NCBI GenBank assembly: GCA_026395995.1
Contig: JAPLXQ010000010.1
Location: 218,179 to 282,178, forward strand
Source: Candidatus Nomurabacteria bacterium
GTDB lineage: Bacteria; Patescibacteriota; Minisyncoccia; Phycocordibacterales; UBA9973
Direction of reading: 5' to 3'
DNA length: 64,000 nucleotides
Shown here: positions 19,569 through 29,836 of the stretch, piece by piece
How positions within the stretch are numbered: position 1 is the first letter of the stretch
Layout: each line of letters starts with the position of its first letter
Program-made: the position numbers and the translations under genes
Notes under the pieces: model-generated
What the model was told of the DNA's origin: nothing
Databases searched by the model: none
What the model saw: only the letters and a program-made list of their open reading frames with translations

Positions 19569-21158
19569 ATGAAAATATTTATGAAAATTTTTTGCACACG
19601 TCTTATATTAGTAGTATTTTTAATTTTAATCTCTTTTGGATTGTCTAAAAAAGTTTTTGCTAGTGGAGTTCTTGCTACTATACCTACAGCTACAACTGTA
19701 TCTGTAGGTGGTAGTGGATTTACTAGTGGTGTTTCATACCAAATCACTTTGTACGATCATTTAACTTCATCAAACATTAATCATACATTTGCTACAGCAA
19801 CCGGTAACAATGGATCTTTCGGAGTTACTTTCTCTAATCTAACCCCTAGTCATAGCTATGATATTATGGCCACTTTACAATCAAACGGTACACCAGCTAG
19901 TGGTATTACCAATTTTTCAACCATAGCCGCTCCGACAGTTGTCACACTTACTGCGACTCCTTCGACTCTTATAACAGGACAATCAACAGTAACGACATTA
20001 GCTTGGAGTGCGACAAATGTTACAGGTAGTTGTATTGCTGCTAGTAATCCTAATATAATTGCTGTTTGGGATAACGCGCATAAAGCACTTTCTGGAACAC
20101 AGCAAGTTACTGTCGTAGCTTCTAATAATTTTACTCTTACTTGTACTAATTCATCAGGAAATGTCGTAGGACAGGCACAAGCACATATAACAGTCTCTGC
20201 TGGTGGAGGCTCAGTCTCTGCTCCTACTGCAAATCCTTTACCTGGTACTTTTACTGGAACTCAAAATGTAACACTTTCTAGTGCTACTAGTGGAGCGACT
20301 TTTAGATATGTTTTAGATTCATCTACACCTAATTGTTCTATGGGTCTTACGACAAATCCAGTAAATATTCAATCAACAACTACAATTCGAGCTATTGCTT
20401 GTGATTCCCATGGAGTAGCTTCTCCTGTTTCTTCTTTGACTTATACTATAAATACTTCAGGAGGAGGTAATCCACCTCCACCACCTTCTGGTGGTCCGAC
20501 AACTTCCGGACTTTTAGTGGCGAATGATCCTACTTCAGCTATGGTGACTTTGACTATAAGTGGAATTCCTAATAATTATTCTACTTTTGATTTAAGTGTT
20601 TATAATGAACCAGGCACAAATTCTTATTATCAAACACATTCTATTTCTCAAGATGGATTTGGTGGGGCAGAAGATTATTTTAATGGTTTAGCTCCAAGTG
20701 GTTCATATAAGGCCTATGTTTCAGATAGTAGTGGAACAAACTTAGTAACACCGGTCACTTTTTCAACCTTAGCTACAGACCCAATCGTTGTCGGTGGTAA
20801 TGGCAGTAATACTAGTGGGGGAAATGTAACTTCTGCTACTAGTCTTTCTAGCCCTGCTGGTGGCCTTGTGCCTGAGTGTACTAGTACAAAAGGTTGCCAA
20901 TGGAAAGAATTATTAAGTCTTGTGAATAAGGTAGTAAAATTTATTCTTTTTGCCTTAGGTATACCTATTGCTGCTATTATGTTTATGTATGCTGGTTTTA
21001 AATTAATAACTTCTGGTGGTAATCCTAGCGAATTGACTAAGGCTAAAGGTGTTTTCGGTTCTGTTTTTATGGGTATTGTTTTAGCTGCAGCTGCTTGGCT
21101 TATCATTAATGTCGTTTTGACTACTTTAGGCTATGATGGGTCTTGGATTGGATTCTAA
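19569..21158 (+). CDS. Large S/T-rich surface protein with beta-sandwich domains and a C-terminal pilin-like domain
   Basis: Signal peptide; APTANPLPGTFT..VTLSSATSGATFRY (Fn3-associated-like); C-terminal two TMs with YAGF..ITSGGNP...KAK pilin signature. Confidence 0.75.
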   Translation: MKIFMKIFCTRLILVVFLILISFGLSKKVFASGVLATIPTATTVSVGGSGFTSGVSYQITLYDHLTSSNINHTFATATGNNGSFGVTFSNLTPSHSYDIMATLQSNGTPASGITNFSTIAAPTVVTLTATPSTLITGQSTVTTLAWSATNVTGSCIAASNPNIIAVWDNAHKALSGTQQVTVVASNNFTLTCTNSSGNVVGQAQAHITVSAGGGSVSAPTANPLPGTFTGTQNVTLSSATSGATFRYVLDSSTPNCSMGLTTNPVNIQSTTTIRAIACDSHGVASPVSSLTYTINTSGGGNPPPPPSGGPTTSGLLVANDPTSAMVTLTISGIPNNYSTFDLSVYNEPGTNSYYQTHSISQDGFGGAEDYFNGLAPSGSYKAYVSDSSGTNLVTPVTFSTLATDPIVVGGNGSNTSGGNVTSATSLSSPAGGLVPECTSTKGCQWKELLSLVNKVVKFILFALGIPIAAIMFMYAGFKLITSGGNPSELTKAKGVFGSVFMGIVLAAAAWLIINVVLTTLGYDGSWIGF

Positions 21159-21177
21159 TTTAAGTTATAATATATCT

Positions 21178-21549
21178 ATGAAAAATATCATTCAAAAAAA
21201 TATCTCAAAAATTTCTTTAGCTACTTATATAGTATTATTTCCAGTTATTTCTTTTGCTACTGCGACGATTACTCCTTGTGAAGTTTCTGGTGCAGTCTGT
21301 AATCCTATAAGTGCAAATAATATTAATGATTTTATAAAAGCTATTCTTGAAGGTGCGATAAAGATCGGCATACCTATCATTGCTTTAGCTATTATTTATT
21401 CTGGTTTTCTTTTTGTAAAAGCTCAAGGTAAACCAGAAGATTTAAAAACCGCGAAAAATGCAATTATGTATACCTTGCTCGGTGCTGCTTTATTACTCGG
21501 AGCTTGGGCTTTAGCTCAGCTTATATCAGAGACTGTTTTAGCTTTATAA
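21178..21549 (+). CDS. TrbC/VirB2-like (T4SS) pilin
   Basis: IIYSGFLFVKAQGKPEDLKTAKNAIMYTLLG hairpin signature; ATG 21178. Confidence 0.8.
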   Translation: MKNIIQKNISKISLATYIVLFPVISFATATITPCEVSGAVCNPISANNINDFIKAILEGAIKIGIPIIALAIIYSGFLFVKAQGKPEDLKTAKNAIMYTLLGAALLLGAWALAQLISETVLAL

Positions 21550-21556
21550 TAAAATT

Positions 21557-21886
21557 ATGAAAAATAATATTAAAAATCTTTTTGCTGCTTGTGTTTTGAC
21601 TCCTCCGAATACTTTTAAAAGTTTTGTAGAATATATTATTTGTAATATTAATAAATCTGTCATACCTCTGATTATTTCTCTAGCGGTTACTATGTTTGTC
21701 TGGGGTATTATTCAATATTTGGTTGGTGCCAACGAAGAAGTAAAAAGAGAAAAAGGTAAATACTTTATGTTATGGGGGATTATCGGCTTAATGGTAATGA
21801 TTTCTGTATGGGGCCTCGTACGGGTTTTTGGTAGCACTATTGGTGTTCAAAATGTCATTCCCCAGGTTCAAAATACTTCTATATAA
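21557..21886 (+). CDS. Pilin-like protein
   Basis: FVWGIIQY..EVKREKGKYFMLWGIIGL..SVWGLV. Confidence 0.8.
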   Translation: MKNNIKNLFAACVLTPPNTFKSFVEYIICNINKSVIPLIISLAVTMFVWGIIQYLVGANEEVKREKGKYFMLWGIIGLMVMISVWGLVRVFGSTIGVQNVIPQVQNTSI

Positions 21887-21889
21887 AAT

Positions 21890-22231
21890 ATGAAAAATAA
21901 TGTAAAAATAAATGTTTATAAAAATATGTTTGCTATTTGCACAGTAGGTTCAAGTCCTAAAATTTCAAGTGTCCTAGATTATATTACTTGTATTATTGCT
22001 AAAGGTATTTGGCCTATTTTACTCTCATCCTCTATTGTAGTCTTCATATGGGGTGTCTTGCAGTATGCTTTAAACCCACAAGATGTAAAAAAAAAGGCAG
22101 AAGGTAGGAGTTTTATGCTTTGGGGTTTATTTGCTTTGACAGTGATTATCTCTATTTGGGGCTTTGTAAATATTGTCATTGGAACCTTTCAATTAAACAA
22201 TGCTAATCCCAGTATTCAGACTGTTGTCTAG
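21890..22231 (+). CDS. Pilin-like protein
   Basis: FIWGVLQY..KKAEGRSFMLWGL..SIWGFV; paralog of neighbours. Confidence 0.8.
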   Translation: MKNNVKINVYKNMFAICTVGSSPKISSVLDYITCIIAKGIWPILLSSSIVVFIWGVLQYALNPQDVKKKAEGRSFMLWGLFALTVIISIWGFVNIVIGTFQLNNANPSIQTVV

Positions 22232-22355
22232 TAGCATTTGTTTTTGTCTTTATGGTATAATTAACCTAACCTAATCACTTAGGACATTATTATTAAGAGG
22301 TCGTTTCGTTTATTAATTATTAATAGTCTCGATAAAATCGAGAAAAAATATAAAT

Positions 22356-22736
22356 ATGAAGAAAAAAATTGTTGGTTTAGTTAGTCTTTCAGCATTGGCA
22401 CCTTTATTTGCCTTTGCCCAAGTAACAAACTGTGGTACTGGTGGAAATATTGAGTTTATTCTTTGTAAAGCAGGTCAACTTATTAACTCAATAATACCTG
22501 TTTTAATATCATTGGGTGTTGTTTACTTTATCTGGGGAGTTATTTCTTATGCTATTGGAAAGGATGAAGAAGCTAAAAAAGAAGGACGTGGAAGAATCAT
22601 TAATGGTCTTATCGCTCTTCTTGTTATCGTTTCAATCTGGGGATTAGTTGGTATTTTGCAAAATGCTACAGGAGTAGATCAAGCTACTTCATTCCAAGAT
22701 GTGCCTTGTATTGCTGGCCCAGGATCTACTTGTTAA
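22356..22736 (+). CDS. Pilin-like protein with signal peptide (candidate major subunit)
   Basis: AFA signal cleavage; FIWGVISY..KKEGRGRIINGL..SIWGLV; own promoter and long leader. Confidence 0.8.
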   Translation: MKKKIVGLVSLSALAPLFAFAQVTNCGTGGNIEFILCKAGQLINSIIPVLISLGVVYFIWGVISYAIGKDEEAKKEGRGRIINGLIALLVIVSIWGLVGILQNATGVDQATSFQDVPCIAGPGSTC

Positions 22737-22751
22737 GTTTGAAATAAAATT

Positions 22752-23105
22752 ATGTCTTTAATTAATGTAGCTTATGCTGGTGAAAGTTTAGATCAATTCA
22801 TAAAGAATGTGGATAAACTTATCATTAATCCACTTATTATATTGATTTTTGCTTTAGCTATCGCGATTTTTCTTTGGGGAGTATTTCAATTTATTGCTAA
22901 TACTGAAAAAGAAGATGAACGTAGTAAGGGTAAAAAGCATATGTTATTTGGGATTATTGGTATCACTATTATGATGGCAGTGTGGACTCTTTTAAGTATT
23001 CTTTTGAATACTTTAAATATCAGTCCAAATGAAATAAATCCACAACAGGGGACAGTGCATTTAAATGATTACACTCCTTCTACACCGACTGGATTATTGC
23101 AATAA
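22752..23105 (+). CDS. Pilin-like protein
   Basis: FLWGVFQF..ERSKGKKHMLFGIIG. Confidence 0.8.
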   Translation: MSLINVAYAGESLDQFIKNVDKLIINPLIILIFALAIAIFLWGVFQFIANTEKEDERSKGKKHMLFGIIGITIMMAVWTLLSILLNTLNISPNEINPQQGTVHLNDYTPSTPTGLLQ

Positions 23106-23135
23106 GTTATATTAAATAAAATATAAAAATAAAAA

Positions 23136-23170
23136 GTCCCCTCGCGATGTGCGAGGGGACTTTGTTTTTA
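23136..23170. terminator. Bidirectional intrinsic terminator
   Basis: A-tract, GTCCCCTCGC/GCGAGGGGAC stem, T-tract between convergent genes. Confidence 0.75.
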
Positions 23171-23193
23171 CTTGCCCAATATTGGGCTTTAAT

Positions 23194-23613
23194 TTAACAG
23201 TGCTTAAGTAGCCTTATTAGGGTTCCTGGAGGCCCTGTTACTCTCCAGGTACCAGTGTGAATATTTCCACCTATGATGTTGATATCTCCTTTTCCTATGT
23301 AGGGAATTGGAGTACGACTTCCAGGAGGATAAAAATTCACCGGCACACCTTCGGTATCAACATCGAACACGTAATTTATTTTTATAAATACTTCACCATT
23401 TGGACCAATAAATTGGTCCGGCATCCTTACAAGACAAGGTCCTGTTGTTGTCGTTGTTTGATTGCCACTGGAAACATTCGTGTCTCCAGTGGTTGGCGGA
23501 TTAGTATTGTTTGTATTTGTAGCTTTACTGGCATCAAAATCGTTTCCGAATATGAGCCAAAATATTACAAACGCAGCAACAATTCCAATTCCTGCTTTTT
23601 GATTCTGTTTCAT
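23194..23613 (-). CDS. Membrane-anchored hypothetical protein
   Basis: N-terminal TM, T/N linker, beta-rich C-terminal domain. Confidence 0.6.
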   Translation of the reverse strand: MKQNQKAGIGIVAAFVIFWLIFGNDFDASKATNTNNTNPPTTGDTNVSSGNQTTTTTGPCLVRMPDQFIGPNGEVFIKINYVFDVDTEGVPVNFYPPGSRTPIPYIGKGDINIIGGNIHTGTWRVTGPPGTLIRLLKHC

Positions 23614-23636
23614 TCTCTAGTTTTTTTAAGTTTCAC

Positions 23637-24656
23637 TTATTCTTTTTTCTTGCCTTTTTTTGTTGTGGGGGCAAAACCTCCACCCATACCGACACCTCCA
23701 ACCATGTAAACATCTGATCCTTTTGGAACATCAATTTTCATTTCTGTGTAGCCAGGTTTACCAAATTTCATAAAAGGAATAATTGCATTTTTTGGTACAC
23801 CAGCTTTCAGGTATTCTTTAAAAGCTAATCCGTCTTGTTCAGCTGTTACTACTGGAAGCATAATTCTTCTGGTTTCAGCATCGGGAGAGCTATTTTTTAA
23901 GATCATTTCCAGGACAACACCGTGCTGTCTTTGAAAGTCTATAAAAATTTGTTTATTCTTGTTTGCAATTCCTTCAGCTTGGTCAGCAAAAACTTGTTCT
24001 ACAACATCTGCTTCTTTGTTTAAAACATTGATTGTGTTTTTAGAGTAGTAAGTAGAAAAAATTGAACCTACTTTAAACTCAGCAGCTCTTCCAATCGCCC
24101 CATCTTCATAAGAAGAAAAGCGTTTGAATTTTTCAGAGGCTTCATGTGGTGTTCCGGAAGTGTCAGGATACATTATTAAGATGAACCTTGCGTCCATGTT
24201 TAATGTCTGAACAATAGTACCCCATTTTTCAGTAATATCCACAGAGATAGCCCTATGAAGCTCCCAAAATTTTTCTTCTTTGATTCCTTTAAGATTTTTC
24301 CTTTTTTCAATACTTTCAAAAAATGGAATTGTCCAATGTAAACCAGGAAAAAAAACTCTACGTTCTTTACCAATTGAATCAAAACCGAGAGCCCCTCGAA
24401 AATCATCTACACTTACAGAATTTATGCCTGCATAATATGACAATCCAAAAAGTACCCCAGCGATTACAAATGATAAATAGTGAAATATTTTGAATAGTTC
24501 AGGTGTTACATATTTATCACCGAGCTTCCAAATTATTATCCACAATAAAACAAAATAAACTATATTCCAGAGGTACACCTTAGGCGGTACCACTGTTGAG
24601 GGAATAGTTAAATCCCTTTCTGTTGTTTTGGCTGAATTGCCATTTACTTGTACCAT
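23637..24656 (-). CDS. Membrane protein, possibly a divergent SPFH/band-7 protein
   Basis: Two N-terminal TMs then GKERRVFFPGLHWTIPFFESI, similar to the SPFH PGLH..IPF motif. Confidence 0.5.
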   Translation of the reverse strand: MVQVNGNSAKTTERDLTIPSTVVPPKVYLWNIVYFVLLWIIIWKLGDKYVTPELFKIFHYLSFVIAGVLFGLSYYAGINSVSVDDFRGALGFDSIGKERRVFFPGLHWTIPFFESIEKRKNLKGIKEEKFWELHRAISVDITEKWGTIVQTLNMDARFILIMYPDTSGTPHEASEKFKRFSSYEDGAIGRAAEFKVGSIFSTYYSKNTINVLNKEADVVEQVFADQAEGIANKNKQIFIDFQRQHGVVLEMILKNSSPDAETRRIMLPVVTAEQDGLAFKEYLKAGVPKNAIIPFMKFGKPGYTEMKIDVPKGSDVYMVGGVGMGGGFAPTTKKGKKKE

Positions 24657-24826
24657 TTCTTGTATGAATTAAATTAATTAATTATTTGTTTAAAAACTTT
24701 TCTTGTGTTAAGTATAGCATATACAAACTAAAAAGTCAAGCTTTTGGCTTGACTTTTTAGGCTTATTTATAAGGGTATTTTTACCTAAAATCCCCCTGAT
24801 AAGGGGGACAAAGGGGGTTGTATTAG

Positions 24827-25579
24827 TTAGGCTTTCTTTAAAGCTAAATTTTTATCTTTCTTAGCTATAAAGAGCATTCTCCAGAAGAAGACGAAGAATA
24901 AGATTAATATACCGAGTAAGATCCATTGAAGGAAAGTAGAAGGCATAAATCCTGATCCTAGGGCATTCGCTGTCAGATTACTGTTTGTATTTGAAACTGC
25001 AGTTTTGCTAGTAGTAGCTTTTTTTGCAGTCGTAGCAGTATTTGCTGGTGGATAATCTCCGACAGGGTTTCCAGATGAGGCTACTGTTCCTACGGCTGAA
25101 GTATTATTGGTTAGATTTAAATAAGCAGCGTTTGAGATATATCCATTGTTTGGGTTGTAAATAGAAACAATGTAAGTACCTACTGTGCCCATATCTGCTG
25201 GATAAATATTCATACGTAAGTGAGTAGAGTTTATATAAGTAGTAGGTCTGTCATAACTATTAAATCTAGCTACAGAATCTTGTGAGAAATTTACTCCTGT
25301 GATATCGATAGTCTTTACAGCAGTACTTCCATAAACCATTGAATCAGGACTTATAGAATAAATCGCTGGTACAGCATAAGAACTAGAATTATTATTGCTA
25401 TTACCGTTGTTATTATTATTTGAGTTTGAATTTCCTGAATTAGAACTACCTGGTCCAGACCAATAATAAACATAAGCACTAGCCTTTGCAGGTATAAATA
25501 CCACCGCCACGAAAACTAAAGTTATTATTAATGTTGAAAGTAAACTATATTTATTTGTGTTGTTTATTTTATTCATCAT
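24827..25579 (-). CDS. Surface protein with IPT/TIG-like domain and C-terminal TM anchor
   Basis: Signal peptide, N/S-rich linker, PAIYSISP..ITGVNF..TTYINSTHL. Confidence 0.75.
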   Translation of the reverse strand: MMNKINNTNKYSLLSTLIITLVFVAVVFIPAKASAYVYYWSGPGSSNSGNSNSNNNNNGNSNNNSSSYAVPAIYSISPDSMVYGSTAVKTIDITGVNFSQDSVARFNSYDRPTTYINSTHLRMNIYPADMGTVGTYIVSIYNPNNGYISNAAYLNLTNNTSAVGTVASSGNPVGDYPPANTATTAKKATTSKTAVSNTNSNLTANALGSGFMPSTFLQWILLGILILFFVFFWRMLFIAKKDKNLALKKA

Positions 25580-25641
25580 ACTACAAGTATAGCATATATG
25601 AATTTAAAAGTCAAGTCCTATTAATAAATTATTAAAACCCT

Positions 25642-26778
25642 TTATTTATGGCTTATTTTTGTTATTTTTTCTATTTGATTTCCTAGTTTGTTGTTTATGC
25701 TCTTGTAGAGTTGTTTTAAATGGTCAAAAATTAAAAATAGATGATAACTGTCTACAAAGTATCTTTTTTCAAATTTTAAAAGTCTTTTTGTTATCCATAA
25801 AGCAAAAAAACCAATTATTATTCCAAATAATACATCGACACCATAATGTTCCAGTGTATACATTGTTCCTATTAATTCAGCAACTACCCAAGGTATTGCA
25901 ATAATAGCAACAGGTGGCCAAAGTTCTATAATACTAACAACTGAGATTATACCCCAAGCCGCATGCATGCTAGGGAAAGTACTTATTGCCAATGATCCAC
26001 CTGCTGGATCAATCCAGTGATTTCCAATTGCTGAAATATTTTTTTGCATTCTTGGTGATATTTGCGTAATGTTGATTACATTTTGTATCTCTACTGATAT
26101 CTTAGTATTTAAAATATTTTTTAAATACATTGAATCTGGTGAAATTGCTGGAAATTTTATCCAAATAGGTAAACTAATTAAAAATGCTAAAAAATAAGCA
26201 ATTAGAAATTTTCTATAAATTTCTTTGTTTGAAAATAAGCTAATAAAAATAATTACAAGAATAATAGGGAATAAGTATATATAAGAATTATAAAATATTT
26301 GACTTAAAATATTTGAATGTATTATATGGTAAAAGGAAAAAGGTAAATATGAGCCAAATAAAACCTTATCAGTGTGCATCAAAAACTCAGAGACTTGTGC
26401 TGTGTGTATAGGGTCTGCTGAAATAAAGATTGTTTTTATTTCAAACGCCATTGCTACTGCGCTAATATATAGTATTCCAAATATAAATAAAAAACTTCTA
26501 ATATTAAAGGATGTTTTATTTTGATGATTATCTTTCTTATAAATTATAAGTATTATAGAGAATAATAAATATATAAAAACAAAAATAAGTATTACTGAAA
26601 TAATGTTATTTTCCAAAAAGGCAGAAATAAAATCTTGAGCTGAAGAATGATTAATACATTGTATTGTTTGATATAAATAACAGTTAAAATATTTTATTCC
26701 AATCATTATAAAAAAAATAATTGAAGGTAAAAGAATCACATATACTTCTATCGGAAATATAGAAAGAAATTTTTTCAT
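25642..26778 (-). CDS. PAP2-family membrane phosphatase/phosphotransferase
   Basis: Multiple TMs; FPA.SP, TFPSMHAAW, HYGVDVLFG. Confidence 0.85.
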   Translation of the reverse strand: MKKFLSIFPIEVYVILLPSIIFFIMIGIKYFNCYLYQTIQCINHSSAQDFISAFLENNIISVILIFVFIYLLFSIILIIYKKDNHQNKTSFNIRSFLFIFGILYISAVAMAFEIKTIFISADPIHTAQVSEFLMHTDKVLFGSYLPFSFYHIIHSNILSQIFYNSYIYLFPIILVIIFISLFSNKEIYRKFLIAYFLAFLISLPIWIKFPAISPDSMYLKNILNTKISVEIQNVINITQISPRMQKNISAIGNHWIDPAGGSLAISTFPSMHAAWGIISVVSIIELWPPVAIIAIPWVVAELIGTMYTLEHYGVDVLFGIIIGFFALWITKRLLKFEKRYFVDSYHLFLIFDHLKQLYKSINNKLGNQIEKITKISHK

Positions 26779-26799
26779 TTATTTATTATAACAAATTTG

Positions 26800-26881
26800 T
26801 GCTGGAGGAGGGACTCGAACCCTCAAACCTTGCGGTACTAGTTCCTAAGACTAGCGCGTATACCAATTCCGCCACTCCAGC
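26800..26881 (-). tRNA. tRNA-Leu(TAG)
   Basis: Cloverleaf GCTGGAG/CTCCAGC, anticodon loop CT-TAG-GA, long variable arm, GGTTCGAGTCC. Confidence 0.95.
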
Positions 26882-26885
26882 AATG

Positions 26886-26958
26886 TGCACCCAGCAGGGA
26901 TCGAACCTGCGACATTCTCCTTAAGAGGGAGCTACTCTACCAGCTGAGTTATGGGTGC
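26886..26958 (-). tRNA. tRNA-Lys(CTT)
   Basis: GCACCCA/TGGGTGC acceptor, loop CT-CTT-AA, GGTTCGATCCC. Confidence 0.93.
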
Positions 26959-27179
26959 ATATATTACTTCTATCTTTCTTTCAACTTACAAATTACTATT
27001 TTTCTCGTCCTACCAAAACAGTTATGGGTGCTTTTCAAAAAATCAAAAATTTGATTTCTGGTGCCCGGAGTGGGGGTCGGCTATTACATAGCCAGGTGCT
27101 TTTCAATTTACTACGTAAATAATGAAAAGCCTTTCGACTCCCCACACGAAAGCAAAGCAGTTTGCTTTCTTCCGTGCTG

Positions 27180-27261
27180 TGCCCGGAGTGGGGGTCGAAC
27201 CCACATCCCTTGCGAGACACGATTTTAAGTCGTGCGCGTATACCAATTCCGCCATCCGGGC
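27180..27261 (-). tRNA. tRNA-Leu(TAA)
   Basis: GCCCGGA/TCCGGGC acceptor, loop CT-TAA-AA, long variable arm. Confidence 0.95.
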
Positions 27262-27378
27262 AATGTATTTAATTATAAATTAAAAATATTAATTAACAAC
27301 CTATCGCTGGTTCAGCTTCGCTTCACATCAGCGATTTCATTCTGAACCGGCAAAAAATTAAAACTATTTAATTTTTTG

Positions 27379-27450
27379 AGGCCTGGGACGGAATTGAACC
27401 GTCGTATATTCCTTTTGCAGAGGAATGCCTTACCACTTGGCTACCAGGCC
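27379..27450 (-). tRNA. tRNA-Cys(GCA)
   Basis: GGCCTGG/CCAGGCC acceptor, loop CT-GCA-AA, discriminator U. Confidence 0.95.
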
Positions 27451-27519
27451 CGAATACCGTAAACCTTGTTTTCCACCTATCCCTCTCCTTTACTAAGGCG
27501 GGTGAGGTGCTTATTTATC

Positions 27520-27843
27520 TTACTTTTCTCTAAGCAATTCGTCAATCTTTTGTCTATTCTTTTCTCCTTTATCTATCTCGACTTCTAAAAAAGGAATATG
27601 TTTGGTTTCCATATTCTTTTTCAAGAACTCACGCATTTCTGGTCTTTTTCTTTTTGCGAAGAGTAAAGCTGTCTTTTCTTGAGAGTCAGGAAGCACACTG
27701 ATAAAAATTGTAGCCTTTTTTAAATCAGGGGAGACACTGATGCTGGTCACAGATATCAAAGAAGCAGAAGTACTTTCTTTGTTTAAGAAATTAGCTGTCA
27801 GTTCTTTTATTAATTTTTCCACCTTTTCAGTTCTTTGTGACAT
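27520..27843 (-). CDS. rbfA: Ribosome-binding factor A (start ATG 27843)
   Basis: QRTEKV..LIKE, SVT...VSPDLKKATIFISV, KHIPFL..D; follows infB. Confidence 0.9.
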   Translation of the reverse strand: MSQRTEKVEKLIKELTANFLNKESTSASLISVTSISVSPDLKKATIFISVLPDSQEKTALLFAKRKRPEMREFLKKNMETKHIPFLEVEIDKGEKNRQKIDELLREK

Positions 27844-27847
27844 AATT

Positions 27848-29347
27848 TTATTTTTGGACGACAGCGAAACACTCGATAATATCTCCGGCGACAATTTCTA
27901 TTTTTGATTCAATCATCATACCACACTCGTCACCTTCGAGAGCAGCACTCGTCTTTGTCTTGCCTTTTTCCAAGTTTACTATTTTTCCACGACCAATTTC
28001 AAAATCTCTTCTTATTATTTTGACTACTTGGTCTAAAATTATTTTACCTTCTGTTACTTTTCCTCCGACTATTTGTTTTTCTTTTGTACGAGAAAAAGCT
28101 TTTATTATTTTCAATTTACCAATAGTCTCTACTGTCTCTATTCTTGGGCGTCTCTTCTCCATCTCTTCTTTTAGCCAATCAGTCATTTTGTATATAATAT
28201 CAAAAGTAGAAAGTGTAATATTTAATTTGTCTGCTAGGTCGATGGCATTTTTATCAGCTTTCATATTAAAAGCGATAATGATAGCATTCTCTCCAGCAAT
28301 TGCATTTTTCACATCAGATTCAGAGATTGGTCCGATACCTCTTTGGACTATTCTAAATTCAGCACTTTCACTGTTTATTTTACTTATTTCTTTTTCAATA
28401 GCTTCGAGTGATCCACCAGCATCAGCTTTTAAGATAATAGGAATCATTTTTTTATCTGATTTTACCCCCTCTCCTTTATAAGGAGAGGGCTGGGGTGAGG
28501 TTCTTTCTGAATTTTTTTCTAAATCTTTTTTGTTCTCAAAAGCCATAAATTCACTACCGACTTTTGGTACTTTGTCGAAGCCTACGAGGCGGACAGGGGA
28601 TGAAAAGGTCGATTCACCTATTACTTTTCCTAAAAAGTTTTCCATAATACGTGTACCACAAGAAGCATCTTCTACTGCTACTATCATTCCTTTTTTCAGA
28701 CTTCCGTTTTTAATTATCAAAGTCGCTTGAATACCTCTTTTAGAATCCAAATTTGCTTCAAGTACAAAGCCACTAGCAGGTAGAGACGTGTCTCCGGTAA
28801 AGCTTTCCATTTCAGCTAAGACTAAAATCAAAGAAAGCAATTCATCGACACCAGTGCCGACTTTTGCAGATACCAATACAAATGGAGTTTGTCCTCCAAA
28901 GTTTTCAAGATATATTTCGTGTTCAGCTAAGTTTATTTTTGTACGTTCAATATCAGCTCCTGGTTTATCAATTTTATTGATAGCGACGATACAAGGTGTA
29001 TTACTTTCTACGATTGTTTTATAAGCTTCGATGGTTTGAGGTTTTACTCCGTCTTCAGCTGAAACCATAAGAATTGCAATGTCTGCGATTTTAGCCCCAC
29101 GTTCACGCATTTTAGAAAAAGCTTCATGTCCAGGAGTATCGAGAAAAGTTATTTTTTTATCTTTCCCATTTTCGTCTTTATGAATTACTTCATAAGCAGA
29201 AATGTGTTGAGTTATACCTCCAGCTTCACGGTCGACAATATTTGTCTTGCGAATATAATCTAGCAAGGTTGATTTACCGTGGTCGATATGACCCATCACT
29301 GCGACCACTGGAGGTCTCTCTATTAGATTGTTTTTTTTATTTTCCAT
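27848..29347 (-). CDS. infB: Translation initiation factor IF-2 (short form)
   Basis: [40 protein letters not shown]. Confidence 0.97.
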   Translation of the reverse strand: MENKKNNLIERPPVVAVMGHIDHGKSTLLDYIRKTNIVDREAGGITQHISAYEVIHKDENGKDKKITFLDTPGHEAFSKMRERGAKIADIAILMVSAEDGVKPQTIEAYKTIVESNTPCIVAINKIDKPGADIERTKINLAEHEIYLENFGGQTPFVLVSAKVGTGVDELLSLILVLAEMESFTGDTSLPASGFVLEANLDSKRGIQATLIIKNGSLKKGMIVAVEDASCGTRIMENFLGKVIGESTFSSPVRLVGFDKVPKVGSEFMAFENKKDLEKNSERTSPQPSPYKGEGVKSDKKMIPIILKADAGGSLEAIEKEISKINSESAEFRIVQRGIGPISESDVKNAIAGENAIIIAFNMKADKNAIDLADKLNITLSTFDIIYKMTDWLKEEMEKRRPRIETVETIGKLKIIKAFSRTKEKQIVGGKVTEGKIILDQVVKIIRRDFEIGRGKIVNLEKGKTKTSAALEGDECGMMIESKIEIVAGDIIECFAVVQK

Positions 29348-29354
29348 AATAAGG

Positions 29355-29813
29355 TTATTTTATTTCAGCTTTCATTAAAGCTTCTTTTTCTTCAGTACTC
29401 AATTCATATTCTGATTTTCCATTTTTAATTGGTTTTGCAAAGACACTCATTCTTTCACGTGAATATAAACTAGATATAACGACACCGTCATTTTCTTCAT
29501 TTAATAATCCAATAGCAAAACTTTGGTTTGAACCTTGGTCGGGGAATGGGTTAAAGCGAACTGTTTCAAGCCCACGGATACTTTGTTTTAGTTTTTTGTT
29601 TATTACTGCTATTTCTTCTTCTGTATTTACTTTAGCTTCTTTTAATTTTTTTATATCTTCTGATAAAAGATAGATAGTATCTTCTAAATCTTTAGCCTTT
29701 TTACCCATAAAAAAATGAGCTAAACGCTTTTCTGTTTTGACTATCCAAAAGAGCATCGCCAATAGGCCAAGTCCAGCTAAAACAAAAAAAGCGATTTCGA
29801 GCTTTATATTCAT
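29355..29813 (-). CDS. DUF4446-like membrane-anchored protein
   Basis: N-terminal TM, coiled coil, VRFNPF..GSNQSFAIGLL..DGVVISSLYSR, LSTEEKEAL. Confidence 0.75.
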   Translation of the reverse strand: MNIKLEIAFFVLAGLGLLAMLFWIVKTEKRLAHFFMGKKAKDLEDTIYLLSEDIKKLKEAKVNTEEEIAVINKKLKQSIRGLETVRFNPFPDQGSNQSFAIGLLNEENDGVVISSLYSRERMSVFAKPIKNGKSEYELSTEEKEALMKAEIK

Positions 29814-29836
29814 ATAATTTAATATATACTATATAA

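Noticed and set aside
25385-25450. Poly-Asn/Ser low-complexity tract as a repeat element
   Set aside because: It is an ordinary coding linker in a surface protein.
27035-27220. 61-aa ORF
   Set aside because: Overlaps tRNA-Leu(TAA) and its downstream repeat element.
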